This document shows positions 48,970 through 59,034 of a stretch of DNA of 64,000 nucleotides, in pieces. Under the pieces are notes generated by a model that was not told the DNA's origin, did no database searches, and worked only from the letters and a program-made list of their open reading frames with translations. Origin of the DNA: Candidatus Latescibacterota bacterium (GTDB lineage: Bacteria; Latescibacterota; UBA2968; UBA8231); assembly GCA_965243025.1 (NCBI GenBank), contig CBDETY010000003.1, forward strand, positions 608,001 through 672,000, given 5' to 3'. Position 1 is the stretch's first letter. Every line of letters begins with the position of its first letter. Made by a program: the position numbers and the translations under genes.

Positions 48970-51486
48970 ATGCACCGAATCACCGCGGCCCTGGCCGCCG
49001 TTTGCTTCCTTCCGGGAGCAGCCGCATCGGATGAGCAGCCCTCCCGCAGCGACACCAGCGGCGCCCGCATGCAGCGCTGGATGGACCACCCCCAGCGCAC
49101 CGCCCGCGCCGTGCGCGCGGACGTCCCGCCGCGCCTCGACGGCGTCATCGACGACGAGGTCTGGCAGCGGGCCCCCGTCCAAGAGGGGTTCACGCAGACC
49201 GACCCGGACAACGGCGAGCCCTCCTCGCTGCCGACCACCTTCCAGGTCGCCTACGACGACGAGGCTCTGTACTTCGCGGCCGTCTGCTACGACACCCGCC
49301 CCGACAGCATCACGGCGCGGCTGACGCGGCGCGACCAGTGGCGGGAGCGCGACCTGATCGAGGTCAGCCTCGACCCCCACCACGACCATCAGACGGGGGT
49401 CTATTTCGCGGTCGGTCCCTCCGGCTGGATCGAGGACGGGATCGTCTACCACGACGACGACTTCGACGACAGCTGGGACAGCGTGGTCGAGGCCAGGACG
49501 GCGCGCCGCGCCGACGGCTGGAGCCTGGAGCTGAAGATCCCCTACCACGTGCTGCGCTTCGGCGAGAAGGAGACCTACACCTGGGGGATCAACGTCGCCC
49601 GCAAGATCGCCCGCCGCGCCGAGTGGGCGCAGTGGAGCTTCACCCCCCGGGGAGTCGGAGGCTACGCTTCGCGCTTCGGCCACCTGGAGGGGATCGGGGA
49701 CATCCGGCCGCGGCGCAGCCTGGAAATCTTCCCCTTCGCCCTGGGCCGCGGCACCCTGTCGCCGGGAACCGCAGGCCGCGGCAGCCTGTTCTCCTCCGCC
49801 GGCCTGGATCTGCGCTACGGGCTGTCGATGAACATCTCCCTCAATGCCGCCGTCAACCCGGACTTCGGCCAGGTCGAGGGGGACCCGGCGGTGCTCAACC
49901 TGGGGGTCTTCGAGACTTTTTACCGCGAGCGCAGGCCCTTCTTCCTGGAGGGCATCCAGATCTTCGAGGCCCCCGGCCCCGGCATCGTCGGCATCCGCCG
50001 GCCCTCGACCCTGTTCCACTCGCGGCGCATCGGAAGGCCGCCGGCGCGCTTCGACCTGCCGGAAGACAGCGACGAAGTGGAGCGGCCCGACCGCACCACC
50101 ATCCTGGGCGCGGTCAAGGTCTCGGGGAAGACGGACCGGGGCACCGCCTTCGGCCTGCTCGACGCGGTCACGGGGCGGGAGGAGGCGCTGATCGACCAGC
50201 GCCTCCTGCGCCCGGAGACGGGCCGGGTCGACACGGTGCGCCGCCGGGTCGAGGTCGAGCCGGTCACCAACTACTTCATCGGCCGCCTGCAGCAGGACCT
50301 GCTCGCCCATTCGACCGCCGGGGTTCAGCTCACCGCCGTCAACGGCTCCGGTTTCGATCCGGCCTACGTCGGCGCCGGCGACGTGCACCTGAAGTGGGCG
50401 GACAACGCCTACCGCCTGTTCAGCCGGATGGCCCTCAGCCGCGCCGGACAGCGGCAGGAGCGCGACAGCGGCTGGGAGGGGGCGCTTTACTTCGACAAGT
50501 CGGCCGGCGCCTTCGGCGGCCAGGCCTACGCCGACGCGCAGTCGCCCGGGTTCGAGGCCAACGACCTGGGGTTCATGCGCCGCAACGACCGCATCCAGGC
50601 CGGCGCCCACGTTTTTTTCAAGAAGCTCGATCCCTACTGGTTTGCGCGCAGCTCCGGGTTCAACCTCAACGTCTGGAACCACTGGAACTTCGCCGGCCGG
50701 CGGCTGGCCCGCGGCGTCAACGTCAACACCTGGAACAACCTCCACAACTACTGGGGGTTCTGGATGGGCCTCAGCCGCAACCTGGCCGCCTACGACGACC
50801 TGGCCACTCGCGGTGGACCGCTCATGGCCTCCCCGGCCAGCACCTGGATCGGCCTGGACGTGTGGGCGGACGACCGCAAGCCGGTCAGCGGCTGGATCGG
50901 CGGGAACCTCTGGTGGAGCCGCGGCGGCGACAACCTGGGATCGTGGGTGGGCGTCGAAGTCGAGCTGCGCCCGGTATCCCGGTTCGAGCTGGAGGTCGAG
51001 CCGGGATACAGCTTCAACCGCAACTTCGCGCAGTGGGTGGAGAACGTCGACGAGGACGGCGACGGTCAGGACGACCGCTTCGTCTTCGGGGAGCTGGTGA
51101 GCCGCGTCGTCGAGATCGGCGTGCGCGGCACCTGGGCCTTCGTCCCCGGCCTCACCTTGCAGCTGTTCGCCCAGCCCTTCGCGACCACCGGCGACTTCGG
51201 CCCCATCAAGGAGCTGGCGCAGCCCGGGTCCTACGAGTTTTCACCCTACGCCGGCCTTCAGGAGAACCCCGACTTCCACCGCCGGGCCGTGCGCTTCAAC
51301 CTGGTGCTGCGCTGGGAGTACAAGCCCGGAAGCACCCTGTTCGCGGTCTGGCAGCAGAACCGGGACCGCGAATTCGAGGAAGCCGGCGCTCCCCGGTTCC
51401 GGCCCGCCGGGGATCTGCGCCGCGCCTTCTCCGATCCGGGCGACAGCATCTTCCTGATCAAGGCCAACCGCTGGTTCGGGCTGTAG
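48970..51486 (+). CDS. CBM9-like + DUF5916 secreted/outer-membrane protein
   Basis: Signal peptide; PRLDGVIDDEVW, VAYDDEALY, GWSLELKIP, VNPDFGQVEGD, FYRERRPFFLEG, NLVLRWEYKPGSTLF. Confidence 0.85.
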   Translation: MHRITAALAAVCFLPGAAASDEQPSRSDTSGARMQRWMDHPQRTARAVRADVPPRLDGVIDDEVWQRAPVQEGFTQTDPDNGEPSSLPTTFQVAYDDEALYFAAVCYDTRPDSITARLTRRDQWRERDLIEVSLDPHHDHQTGVYFAVGPSGWIEDGIVYHDDDFDDSWDSVVEARTARRADGWSLELKIPYHVLRFGEKETYTWGINVARKIARRAEWAQWSFTPRGVGGYASRFGHLEGIGDIRPRRSLEIFPFALGRGTLSPGTAGRGSLFSSAGLDLRYGLSMNISLNAAVNPDFGQVEGDPAVLNLGVFETFYRERRPFFLEGIQIFEAPGPGIVGIRRPSTLFHSRRIGRPPARFDLPEDSDEVERPDRTTILGAVKVSGKTDRGTAFGLLDAVTGREEALIDQRLLRPETGRVDTVRRRVEVEPVTNYFIGRLQQDLLAHSTAGVQLTAVNGSGFDPAYVGAGDVHLKWADNAYRLFSRMALSRAGQRQERDSGWEGALYFDKSAGAFGGQAYADAQSPGFEANDLGFMRRNDRIQAGAHVFFKKLDPYWFARSSGFNLNVWNHWNFAGRRLARGVNVNTWNNLHNYWGFWMGLSRNLAAYDDLATRGGPLMASPASTWIGLDVWADDRKPVSGWIGGNLWWSRGGDNLGSWVGVEVELRPVSRFELEVEPGYSFNRNFAQWVENVDEDGDGQDDRFVFGELVSRVVEIGVRGTWAFVPGLTLQLFAQPFATTGDFGPIKELAQPGSYEFSPYAGLQENPDFHRRAVRFNLVLRWEYKPGSTLFAVWQQNRDREFEEAGAPRFRPAGDLRRAFSDPGDSIFLIKANRWFGL

Positions 51487-51626
51487 GCGGAGGTCGGCCG
51501 CCGGTTGAACCGCTAAAGGCCCGATGTTCAGACACACTCGCTATCGGGCCGGCTGCCGACTGTTGAGAACCGCCCCGGAGCAGGACCCGACGGACGAACA
51601 GGACGCGATGGGCGTGCAAGGTCGGG

Positions 51627-52808
51627 TTACTCCAACGACACGCGGGCGAGGTAGATCGAGCAGGGCGCCATCTTGCCCGGCAGCGGTCCCGGCCCCATGC
51701 GCAGCTTGTCGTCGGTGCTCTCGGAGCAGCTGTAGTAGACGACGAGCAGCTCCCCCTCTTCGGTGACCTCGATTCCGGGGTACGATCCGTCCCCCCAGCT
51801 CGGCAGCGTCGTTTGCGCCCTCACCACCCCGGTCTCCTCGTCGAGCAGCCAGATGCGCGTGGGGCACCAGGCATCGCTCTCGATGCCCGGGGCGAAGCGG
51901 GACGGCACGCTGGTCCCCTCGACGAGGCCGCGGCCGGCGACGATCCAGCGGCCGCTGACGCGGCGCACCGCCGGGGCCTGGAGGGGCTCGCTCAGGGGGA
52001 TCCGCCGCCACGTGCGGAACGGGGGCTCGCTGCTGTAGGCCATGGCGGGCCGCTTGAGGCTGGCGCCGGTGCGGCTGACCAGCAGGATGCGGCCGTCTTC
52101 GGTGAAATCGAAGTCCGGCTCGTCGTTGTCGTCGGTTGCGATGTCGGCGGTCTTCTCCCAGTGCTCGCCGTCCTCCGAGGCGAACAGCGAGGCGCTCTCG
52201 AACATCTCGATCTCATCCGCGTCCGGAATCATGCGCTCCAGCTCCGGGGTCAGGCTCCAGGACTGGCCGTGGCACAAGTACCCTGCCAGGTAATGCCTGC
52301 CGCCGAAACTGTGCGGCCGCCAGACGCGCCAGCCGGGTCCGAGCAGGGGGCGCGGCTCGGAGAAGGTGCGCCCGTCCTCGCTCCAGGCGATGCCGCTCTG
52401 GTGCAGGGCCTCGTGGTGCCGCGCCCAGCGCTCGAAGCTCTGCGGCGATCCTCCGAGCTGGCGCCAGCGGCGGGCAAGCGACTCCCTGGGCCCGGCGTCG
52501 GCGTCGCCGACTCCCTGGCGGTAGTAGTTGAAGACCACGTAGAGCCGCTCTTCGGTCGGCAGCAGCTTCGGGCAGGTGCCGCCGCGGGTGGCGTCGTCCG
52601 AGGGGGCCCACTCGTCGGGGCCGGTCGCGTGCTCCCGCACCCACTCGACGCCGTCTGCCGAGGAGAGGAAGCAGAGGCCGTGGCCGCCGCCGTGGCCGCC
52701 TCCGCCGCAGTTGAAGGCGACGTACCAGCGCCCCCTCCAGCGGCAGATGTCGGGCCAGGCGTTGTGGCGGCCGTCGGCGTAGATCTCCTGCACGTTGAGC
52801 CATCGCAT
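51627..52808 (-). CDS. Sialidase-like/BNR beta-propeller protein
   Basis: HNAWPDICRWRGRWYVAF, SSADGVEW, SEDGEHW, GDGSYPG, VVYYS; start trimmed to MRWLNV. Confidence 0.65.
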   Translation of the reverse strand: MRWLNVQEIYADGRHNAWPDICRWRGRWYVAFNCGGGGHGGGHGLCFLSSADGVEWVREHATGPDEWAPSDDATRGGTCPKLLPTEERLYVVFNYYRQGVGDADAGPRESLARRWRQLGGSPQSFERWARHHEALHQSGIAWSEDGRTFSEPRPLLGPGWRVWRPHSFGGRHYLAGYLCHGQSWSLTPELERMIPDADEIEMFESASLFASEDGEHWEKTADIATDDNDEPDFDFTEDGRILLVSRTGASLKRPAMAYSSEPPFRTWRRIPLSEPLQAPAVRRVSGRWIVAGRGLVEGTSVPSRFAPGIESDAWCPTRIWLLDEETGVVRAQTTLPSWGDGSYPGIEVTEEGELLVVYYSCSESTDDKLRMGPGPLPGKMAPCSIYLARVSLE

Positions 52809-52912
52809 GGCAGCTTGCTCCTGCGTATTGTTGGGGGAGCAATATACCCCCCCTGCCCCAGGGGAACGATCATGACCGAGCTGACACGGCAGTACCGCGA
52901 GAAGGGACCGGG

Positions 52913-54103
52913 ATGAGCCTCTACCGCCGGGCGCTGCGCCCCTTGCTGTTCCGCCTCGACCCGGAGCGGGCCCACAACGGCGCAATCGCCATGGGAGCGG
53001 CGCTTGGCAGGACGGGATTCGGGGCCGCGGCTGCCGGCCGGCTCTTCCGCTTCGAGGACGACCGCCTGCGGCAGCAGGTTGCGGGGATGACCTTCGCCAA
53101 CCCGGTCGGCCTCGCCGCCGGCTTCGACAAGAGCGGCAGGGCGGTGCGCGGGCTGGCGGCCCTCGGCTTCGGCAGCATCGAGGTCGGCTCGGTGTCGGCG
53201 CGCCCCTCCCGGGGAAACCCCGACCGGCCGCGGCTGTTCCGCCTGCCCGCGGACGAGGCCATCGTCGTCTACTACGGCGTCCCCAACGACGGCGCCGAGG
53301 TGGTGGCGCGGCGGCTGGCGCGCTGCGGGGTGAAGGTTCCGCTCGGGGTCAACCTCGTCGAGACCAACACCGGGATCCCGGCCCCGGCGGGCGAAGTGAT
53401 GGCGGAGCTGGGCGAGGCGGCGCGGGCATTCTCCGGGGTCGCCGGCTACCTCGCGTTGAATCTCAACTGCCCCAACACCAGCGGCGGCCGCAGCCCGTTC
53501 GACGACGCGGCGATGATCCGCGAACTGCTGGGCCTGCTCGCCGGCATCCCCGGGCTGCCCCCGGTGTTCCTCAAGCTGACCGCCAGCGCCGATCCTGCCC
53601 GCCGCGACGGGGTGCTGGAGGCGATCGACGGTTTCCCGTTCGTAAAGGGGATCATCTTCAACCTGCCCCCGGGGATACCTGCGCAGGGACTGAGGACCCC
53701 CGCCGCGGAGCTGGCGCGCATGCCGGGAACGCTGTGCGGCCCACCCGTCAGGGAGCTCGTCAACCGGGCGATCAGCGCCTGGTACCCCCACCTCGACCAC
53801 TCCCGTCACGTCATCGTCGGCAGCGGCGGCATCTCCTCCGCGGAGGACGCGTACGGGAAGATCCGCCTCGGGGCGACCCTGCTGCAGCTGTACACCGCCC
53901 TCGTTTTCAGGGGGCCGGGGATCGTCCGGGAGATCAACCGCGGCCTGTGCCGGCTCCTCGAACGGGACGGATTCTCCCACCTGAGCGAAGCGGTCGGGGC
54001 GGACTGCGTTTCCGGGGGCCGCCCGGCGGCCGGGGCGGCACCAGGACCGGGGGGCATCGGTTCGACTGCCATTCCGGGCGCGAGCCGGGGATCGAGCGGG
54101 TGA
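52913..54103 (+). CDS. pyrD: Quinone-type (class 2) dihydroorotate dehydrogenase homolog with a divergent active site
   Basis: RPLLFRLDPERAH, NPVGLAAGFDK, PRLFRL, GGISSAEDAYGKIRLGATLLQLYTAL. Confidence 0.8.
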   Translation: MSLYRRALRPLLFRLDPERAHNGAIAMGAALGRTGFGAAAAGRLFRFEDDRLRQQVAGMTFANPVGLAAGFDKSGRAVRGLAALGFGSIEVGSVSARPSRGNPDRPRLFRLPADEAIVVYYGVPNDGAEVVARRLARCGVKVPLGVNLVETNTGIPAPAGEVMAELGEAARAFSGVAGYLALNLNCPNTSGGRSPFDDAAMIRELLGLLAGIPGLPPVFLKLTASADPARRDGVLEAIDGFPFVKGIIFNLPPGIPAQGLRTPAAELARMPGTLCGPPVRELVNRAISAWYPHLDHSRHVIVGSGGISSAEDAYGKIRLGATLLQLYTALVFRGPGIVREINRGLCRLLERDGFSHLSEAVGADCVSGGRPAAGAAPGPGGIGSTAIPGASRGSSG

Positions 54104-54341
54104 CCGGTCGCGGGAGCGGCCGCATCCTGGCCGAGGTCTTCGAGCTCGAACGATTGGGAAACCTGTCGCGGCTTTCGGGCAGCTTCCTGCCTTGGGGCCG
54201 GCGTTTTAAATGGAACGGTCGCTGCCGGCAGGACTCGTCTGCCAGAACCGAAAAGCGGGAGAAGGAACCGGGTTGCTGGACCTCCCCGGCGGCCGCTGCT
54301 ACCTTGGCGTTTTCCCCCATGACTCCGGACCGGAAGGACCG

Positions 54342-55754
54342 ATGTACGGCGAACTGCACCGGCCGCAGTTTCACTTCACTCCGCGGGCGCACTGGATGAA
54401 CGATCCCAACGGGCTCGTCTGTTACAAGGGGGAGTACCACCTCTTCTTCCAGCACAGCCCGGGCTTCGTCTACCACGCCCCCAACTCGTGGGGACACGCC
54501 GTCAGCACCGACCTCGTGCACTGGGAGCAGCTGGAGGATGCGATCACCCCGGACGAGTACGGATTCATCTGGTCCGGTTCCGGGCTGGTCGACTGGAACG
54601 ACACCGCCGGCCTGAAACGGGGGAGCGAGGACACCCTCGTCGCCGTCTACACCACCGGGGGCTTCGGCGATCCGGTGAGTCCCTGCGTGCAGGCGATCGC
54701 CTTCAGCAACGACCGCGGCCGCACCTTTTCCCCGTACGAAGGCAACCCGGTGCTCGGCCACGTCCGCGCCCGCAACCGCGACCCCAAGGTCGTCTGGCAC
54801 GAGCCGACACGGCGATGGATCATGGCCCTCTACCTCGACGGGATCGATTTCGCCCTCTACGGATCCGGCGACCTGAAACAGTGGGAGTTCCTCTCCGAGC
54901 TGCAGGTCGAAGGGACCGGCGAATGTCCCGACCTGTTCGAGCTGCCCGTCGACGGCGATCCCGGCAACCGGCGCTGGGTCTTCTGGGGAGCCGCCGGGGT
55001 GTACCTGGTCGGGAGGTTCGACGGCACCCGGTTCGTTCCCGAAACCCCGCCGCTGGTGTGTGAGGCAGGACCCAACGGCTACGCCGCGCAAACCTTCAGC
55101 GACGTGCCGCCCGGAGACGGGCGCACGATCCAGATGTCCTGGATGAGGGGAGGCCGCTACCCGGGAATGCCGTTCAACCAGCAGCAGTCGTTCCCGGTGG
55201 AGCTGACCCTGCGCACGACCGCGGCCGGCATCCGTCTGTTCCGCGAGCCGGTCGGGGAGATCGAGCTGATCTACGAACGGAAGCTCGAGTGGCGCGCTCT
55301 CGACCTGAAGCCGGGTATGAACCGCCGGGCGGTGTTCGTCCGCTACGGTCCGGCCTGGAAGGAGCGCATGGCCGATGCCCACGACAACCTGATTCCGGAA
55401 ACCCGCGGCGACCTGTTCGACATCCGCGCCACCGTCGCCCCTGGCGACGCGGCCGGTTTCGGGGTCCGGATCCACGGGGAGGAGCTGCACTGCGACGCGG
55501 CCGGAACCATCCGCTTTCTCGACCGCGAGGTGGCCGCGCCCACCGGACCGGAGGGCAGGCTCGACCTGCGGCTGCTCGTCGACAGGACCTCGCTGGAGCT
55601 GTTCGCCAACGGCGGCGAGGTCTCGGCTTCGTTCTGCTACCTGCCCGGACCGCGCGACTGCGCGCTCGAGTTCTACGCCGAAGGGGGCACCGTCCGCTTC
55701 GACGAGCTGACCGTTTGGGAACTGAAACCAGCATGGAAGGAAACGCAACCATGA
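54342..55754 (+). CDS. GH32 beta-fructosidase/levanase
   Basis: RPQFHFTP, WMNDPNG, WGHAVSTDLVHW, WSGS, RDPKV, ECPDLF, YAAQT, VDRTSLELF. Confidence 0.92.
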   Translation: MYGELHRPQFHFTPRAHWMNDPNGLVCYKGEYHLFFQHSPGFVYHAPNSWGHAVSTDLVHWEQLEDAITPDEYGFIWSGSGLVDWNDTAGLKRGSEDTLVAVYTTGGFGDPVSPCVQAIAFSNDRGRTFSPYEGNPVLGHVRARNRDPKVVWHEPTRRWIMALYLDGIDFALYGSGDLKQWEFLSELQVEGTGECPDLFELPVDGDPGNRRWVFWGAAGVYLVGRFDGTRFVPETPPLVCEAGPNGYAAQTFSDVPPGDGRTIQMSWMRGGRYPGMPFNQQQSFPVELTLRTTAAGIRLFREPVGEIELIYERKLEWRALDLKPGMNRRAVFVRYGPAWKERMADAHDNLIPETRGDLFDIRATVAPGDAAGFGVRIHGEELHCDAAGTIRFLDREVAAPTGPEGRLDLRLLVDRTSLELFANGGEVSASFCYLPGPRDCALEFYAEGGTVRFDELTVWELKPAWKETQP

Positions 55755-56749
55755 CAAACCTCGGATTCATCGGCCTCGGCGGCATGTCGCGCAGCCAGAT
55801 GTCGGCGTTCGAGCCGCTTCGGGGCTGCCGCCTGCGCGCCGGCGCCGACCCTTCGGAAGAGGCGCGCGAGCTGGCCGCCGAGCGCGTTCCCGGCATGAAG
55901 CTGTACGCCGACCACCGGGAGATGCTCGCCGACCCGGAGATCGACGCGGTGGTGGTGGCGACGCAGACGCTTTACCACAAGGCGACAGCCATCGACGCCA
56001 TGCGCGCCGGCAAGCCGGTGATGACGGAGAAGCCGATGGCGCGCACGGTCGCCGACTGCCGGCGGATGATAGAGGTGTCGAGGCAGACCGGGCAGCTGCT
56101 GATGGTCGCCCACTGCCGGCGCTTCGATTCGATCTGGGGGGCCTGGGGCAAGGCCGTCGTCGAGGGGCGCATCGGCGCCCCGGTGCTGTGGCGCGACGTC
56201 TCGGCCAGCCTCAACGGCAGGTGGTTCATGGACGACCGGATCGGCGGCGGCCCGCTCATCGACGGGGCGGTGCACAACTACGACTTCGCCAACATGATCT
56301 GGGGAGATCCGCAGAGCGTGGTGGCGAGCTCGATCAAGCTGAACCCGGAGGTCACCGCGGTCGACACAGGCACCGCGGTCGTCGAGTACCCGGGCGGCAA
56401 CAAGCTGATGATGAGCTGGTCCTGGGCGACGCGCGGCACGCGCCTGTTCGACGTTCTCGGCAGCAGGGGATCGATAACGACCGGCACCGGCTCGCTGGGG
56501 GTCCCCGCCAACGCCCGGCCGGGGCAGACCTTCTACTGCCTGACCGATTCCCGGGGCAGGGAGAAGCTGATCCGGACGCGGGGCGTGGCCGCGGACATGT
56601 ACCGGAGGCAGGCGCGCCATTTCCTCGCCTGCATCGCCGGGAAGGAGGAGTGCATCACTCCCGGCACCGAGGCGATCAAGGCGGTCGCCGTCGCCGAAGC
56701 GGTGTTGAAGGCCGGGCCCCGGGGCGGGGCCCGCAAGGTAACCTGGTAG
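55751..56749 (+). CDS. Gfo/Idh/MocA family oxidoreductase
   Basis: LGFIGLGG, TEKPMA, GGGPLIDGAVHNYD; ATGA overlap with the GH32 stop. Confidence 0.9.
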   Translation: MTNLGFIGLGGMSRSQMSAFEPLRGCRLRAGADPSEEARELAAERVPGMKLYADHREMLADPEIDAVVVATQTLYHKATAIDAMRAGKPVMTEKPMARTVADCRRMIEVSRQTGQLLMVAHCRRFDSIWGAWGKAVVEGRIGAPVLWRDVSASLNGRWFMDDRIGGGPLIDGAVHNYDFANMIWGDPQSVVASSIKLNPEVTAVDTGTAVVEYPGGNKLMMSWSWATRGTRLFDVLGSRGSITTGTGSLGVPANARPGQTFYCLTDSRGREKLIRTRGVAADMYRRQARHFLACIAGKEECITPGTEAIKAVAVAEAVLKAGPRGGARKVTW

Positions 56750-56783
56750 CGCGCGAGCGCATTGACATGATGGGAGAAGCAGA

Positions 56784-57740
56784 ATGATCAGAATAGCCGG
56801 ATGGTGCCACGACCTTTCCGATTCCAACCTGAAGCGGCTGTGCCAGCTCGGGGTCGACTGCTGCGACGGCATGCCGCTGCCGGCGGACGACCGCGGCGTA
56901 TTCGATCTCGACGAGGCGCTGAAGATCAGGAAGAAGATCCACTCCTGGGGGATGCAGGTGAACCGCGTCAGCCTGCCGAACCTCGGCGAGGCCTTCATGG
57001 ACGGGAAGGAGGGGGCCGATGACAACCTCGACGCGGTCTGCGACGCGCTGCGGGTGCTCGGGGAAGCGGGGTATCCCCTCGGCAGGGTCAACTTCCATTA
57101 CAGCACCTACGACTGGATGGTCGGGGGGTACGAGGCCCCCCACCGGGGCGGCTACCTCGCCCGCGGCGGCAGCCTGGCGAGGGCGGAGGACAAGTCCCCG
57201 CCGCCGCCCGCCGAGGTGCAGGAGCAGCGCTGGTCGAGAGTGTGCGCCGCGTACGAGCGCCTCGTGCCGATCGCCGAGGAGAACGGGGTGAAGCTGATGA
57301 TGCACCCCTCGGATCCGCCCAACCCCGACGCCCTCTTCGGCGGCCTCGGGCTGCACCGGCTGATCGACGCCTTCCCCAGCCCGAGCGTGGGGTACCTGTA
57401 CTGCTGCGGCACCCGCGCCCAGGCCGGCGGCCTGCCCCTGGTGCTCGACGAGCTGCACAACTACGGCCGCAAGGGGAAGCTGTTCGAGGTCCACTTCCGC
57501 AACGTGCGCGCCAGCCTCGCCACCGCCGGCGCCTTCGAGGAGACCCTGCTCGACGACGGCGACATGAACATGTTCAAGATCCTGCTCGAGCTCAGGCGCG
57601 TCGGCTTCGACGGCTGCCTCAACCCCGACCACTACCCGCGTCTCGAGGGGGACGTCGTCAAGGTCGACGGCAACACCCACTCGTTCGCCTACTCGGTCGG
57701 GTACATCAAGGCGCTGCTCGCCGCCCTGGCCTGCGTGTAG
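56784..57740 (+). CDS. uxuA: Mannonate dehydratase (UxuA)-like
   Basis: HPSDPP, YCCGT, VHFRNV, FEETLLDDGDMNM, PDHYP, AYSVGYIKAL. Confidence 0.8.
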   Translation: MIRIAGWCHDLSDSNLKRLCQLGVDCCDGMPLPADDRGVFDLDEALKIRKKIHSWGMQVNRVSLPNLGEAFMDGKEGADDNLDAVCDALRVLGEAGYPLGRVNFHYSTYDWMVGGYEAPHRGGYLARGGSLARAEDKSPPPPAEVQEQRWSRVCAAYERLVPIAEENGVKLMMHPSDPPNPDALFGGLGLHRLIDAFPSPSVGYLYCCGTRAQAGGLPLVLDELHNYGRKGKLFEVHFRNVRASLATAGAFEETLLDDGDMNMFKILLELRRVGFDGCLNPDHYPRLEGDVVKVDGNTHSFAYSVGYIKALLAALACV

Positions 57741-57915
57741 GGGTTCCTGTAATCCAAGTGACGAAAGTCCCGCAGACCGCCCCGCGCATCGCCGGCCAAC
57801 ACCAAATCTGCAGTCTGCGCGACGACAATCAGCTTGAGGAAAGCACCGCTTTCCGTCGTGCGCCGGAAATTGAAAATGGCTCCTGAATGCCGGATTACCT
57901 GGAGTCGTTGACGCC

Positions 57916-58107
57916 GTGCCCAAAGTATCGGATGCGATTCGCAGAATCGAAGATGATGGTTGGCGACAGGTTCGCCACAAAGGCAGCCATCGCCATTACA
58001 AGCATCCTTCCAAGCCAGGCCTTGTAACCATAGCCGGGAAGCCCAGCAAAGACTTGTCCCCAAAAACATTTCGCAGCATCCTAAGGCAAGCCGGCCTGTT
58101 GCAATAG
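57916..58107 (+). CDS. hicA: HicA toxin (mRNA interferase)
   Basis: DGWRQVRHKGSHRHYKHPSKPGLVTI...SILRQAGL. Confidence 0.92.
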   Translation: MPKVSDAIRRIEDDGWRQVRHKGSHRHYKHPSKPGLVTIAGKPSKDLSPKTFRSILRQAGLLQ

Positions 58108-58117
58108 AGGTGCATCA

Positions 58118-58342
58118 ATGAACCCAACGACCATGAAAGTCTATACCGTAGTCTTCGAACGGACGGGCACCGGCTATTCCGCTTACTTGCCCGATTTGCC
58201 CGGTTGCGTAGCCGCCGGCGATACCAAGGAAGAGACCGAACGACTGATAGCCGAAGCCGTCTCCGAACACCTGGACATGCTCGCAAACGAAGGGATCCCT
58301 ATCCCACAACCCGTCGATGCAGTCCTTGTCTCCCCCGCCTGA
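58118..58342 (+). CDS. hicB: HicB antitoxin (short form, no C-terminal DNA-binding domain)
   Basis: YSAYLPDLPGCVAAGDTKEE...EAVSEHL...GIPIPQP. Confidence 0.92.
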   Translation: MNPTTMKVYTVVFERTGTGYSAYLPDLPGCVAAGDTKEETERLIAEAVSEHLDMLANEGIPIPQPVDAVLVSPA

Positions 58343-58460
58343 CTAAAAAATAGGAACTTATACCGGTGGGTTACGGAAGCTGATTTCTTAGCTTTCAGCT
58401 TCCCGGCGTGAGAGCCGAAAAAAAGGGCCTCAGGGAAACACTTTGAAGGGGAGATGTCCT

Positions 58461-58760
58461 ATGGCCGCTTACCAGACATTTCATCAGGCATATGATGAAG
58501 CCATTCTGAGAATCGGATGGAAACAGATACAGAATGGAGCAGCCGCATTTCAGGAGGTGGAATTAGAGATAGAGTCCGTATTAGTTTCAGAACTACGATC
58601 TCATAAGAAGGCTCGTTTTATCGAGGTCAATAATGCGTTAATGATTCAGCTGACTGATGACGGGAAAAACGCCTTTATTGCATTGGCAATGGAGCGGAAA
58701 CAATCAGCTGATCAGTACACAGAAAAGAGCTTGATGGAGGCTCTCTTACTCACCTCCTGA
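58461..58760 (+). CDS. Hypothetical protein (99 aa)
   Basis: GGGGAG RBS, open frame, protein-like composition. Confidence 0.55.
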   Translation: MAAYQTFHQAYDEAILRIGWKQIQNGAAAFQEVELEIESVLVSELRSHKKARFIEVNNALMIQLTDDGKNAFIALAMERKQSADQYTEKSLMEALLLTS

Positions 58761-58958
58761 TTCTTCCTCACCTTCCGTGCCGCTTCTGTCACCTTGTATC
58801 CGCTCGATCTCTAACAGCTTCAAGCAGAGATCGATACGTTGATTAAGACAGTTACTCGGATCCGCGATGAACTTTTTCAGATCCATCTTTAGGCTGAGTA
58901 CTGCCGCATCTGTGCTGAGTGACGGTTGTTCTTTTTTGCTGGTTTCCACTTGAATCAT
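58746..58958 (-). CDS. Hypothetical protein (70 aa)
   Basis: AAGGAG directly upstream of ATG; co-oriented with neighbours. Confidence 0.45.
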   Translation of the reverse strand: MIQVETSKKEQPSLSTDAAVLSLKMDLKKFIADPSNCLNQRIDLCLKLLEIERIQGDRSGTEGEEESGGE

Positions 58959-58972
58959 TCTCCTTGAGCGTG

Positions 58973-59007
58973 AAAAACGTCCCTCCGCGCAGGAGCAGAG
59001 GGGCGTT
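58973..59007 (-). terminator. Putative intrinsic terminator
   Basis: Minus strand aacgcccctc...gagggacgtt stem running into a T tract, just after the 59035 stop. Confidence 0.5.
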
Positions 59008-59034
59008 GGTGTTTTCGATTCGCGTCAGGTTGAC

